From Monosiga brevicollis MX1 (taxonomy: Eukaryota), in NCBI RefSeq assembly GCF_000002865.3, contig NW_001865083.1:92097-128482 (forward strand): DNA of 36,386 bases. The letters are read 5' to 3'. How positions within the stretch are numbered: position 1 is the stretch's first letter; every line of letters starts with the position of its first letter. Shown here one piece after another: positions 35,763 through 36,386 of the stretch. The notes below the pieces were generated by a model, which saw only the letters and a program-made list of their open reading frames with translations, was not told the origin of the DNA and made no database searches. Position numbers and translations under genes: made by a program.

Positions 35763-36386
35763 TCAGCTTTCGGCCGAGCCATTGAAGCGTCGAGTTGAGA
35801 GTGGTGTCGTCGCCCGTACGTGAGAATTGGATGATGGCAAAGAAGCCGGTAAAGGTTGGGCGGGAAGCGGAGGTCCTGCTTGAAACGGCTGTGCACGTTG
35901 GTCGAGGAGTTGGCGATGCTTTGAGCCCCGGTTGGAGCGAGCGCGAGCACTGCCGCTCACTTTGGACTGTTTGGCACAGGGGCCGGCGTCGCCATCGTCC
36001 TCCCCGGGCGCATGAGAGGGGACGCTGCTGCCACCGCCACCGACAGTGACCTTGGATTCGATCTGCACCACATCCTCCACGATGCCATCCTCGGAGCAGA
36101 TGCCAGGCGGAACAAGAAGAACGACCGGTGCCTGAAACTCCAGGCCGTCATCTCGGCCGCCGCTGTTGGACTTGCTTGGCAGAGGAGCAACATCTGTGAC
36201 GTTCATCACGCAGAACGATGGGTCCGACATCTCCTCGAGCAGCTCGGGAGAACAGTCTGATCCCGACGCTTGGTCACCCAGGTGTGTCGAACTGCCGTCC
36301 GTGTCACGCACAGGAATCTTGCCCATGTTGTTCGATATGGCAGCCGGGAGATCAGACATCGACACCCTATCCGGAGGCAAGGTGGG
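35763..36386 (-). CDS. probable 3' part of an unidentified gene (acidic, Ser/Pro-rich, low-complexity C-terminus)
   Basis: A stop-free minus frame of over 200 codons runs in from the window edge with coding-like composition. No recognisable domain; it may contain an intron (aaa|GTGAGC near 35958), so the true stop is uncertain. Confidence 0.45.
   Translation of the reverse strand, partial: PTLPPDRVSMSDLPAAISNNMGKIPVRDTDGSSTHLGDQASGSDCSPELLEEMSDPSFCVMNVTDVAPLPSKSNSGGRDDGLEFQAPVVLLVPPGICSEDGIVEDVVQIESKVTVGGGGSSVPSHAPGEDDGDAGPCAKQSKVSGSARARSNRGSKHRQLLDQRAQPFQAGPPLPAQPLPASLPSSNSHVRATTPLSTRRFNGSAES

Overview
Eukaryotic, intron-dense genomic DNA with short GT-AG introns (mostly ~90-200 nt) and long (TC)n/(TG)n microsatellites. 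It looks holozoan, most like a choanoflagellate such as Monosiga (inference). Genes in order: an intronless, bacterial-like NmrA/atypical SDR oxidoreductase (-); a full-length DNA-PKcs/PRKDC of about 50 exons and roughly 4,300 aa (+); a CRAL-TRIO/Sec14 protein (-); RPL29 (+) and RPL9 (-) arranged convergently; a PX-BAR sorting nexin SNX4 (+); a small ABM-fold protein with a hydrophobic N-terminus (-); and the probable 3' end of an unidentified gene (-). There is one 110-nt N gap. I found no CRISPR array, tRNA, rRNA or intact mobile element. The most interesting unexplained signals are: (1) long, structured first introns in both ribosomal protein genes, with base-pairing that covers 5' splice sites and a frameshifting cryptic donor in RPL9, a candidate splicing/NMD autoregulation system; (2) a degenerate intronic copy of the kinase DFG exon of DNA-PKcs; (3) a mixed pattern of conserved and lost regulatory phospho-sites in DNA-PKcs. 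Exon boundaries were traced by hand, and comparisons with human proteins are from memory rather than computed alignments.
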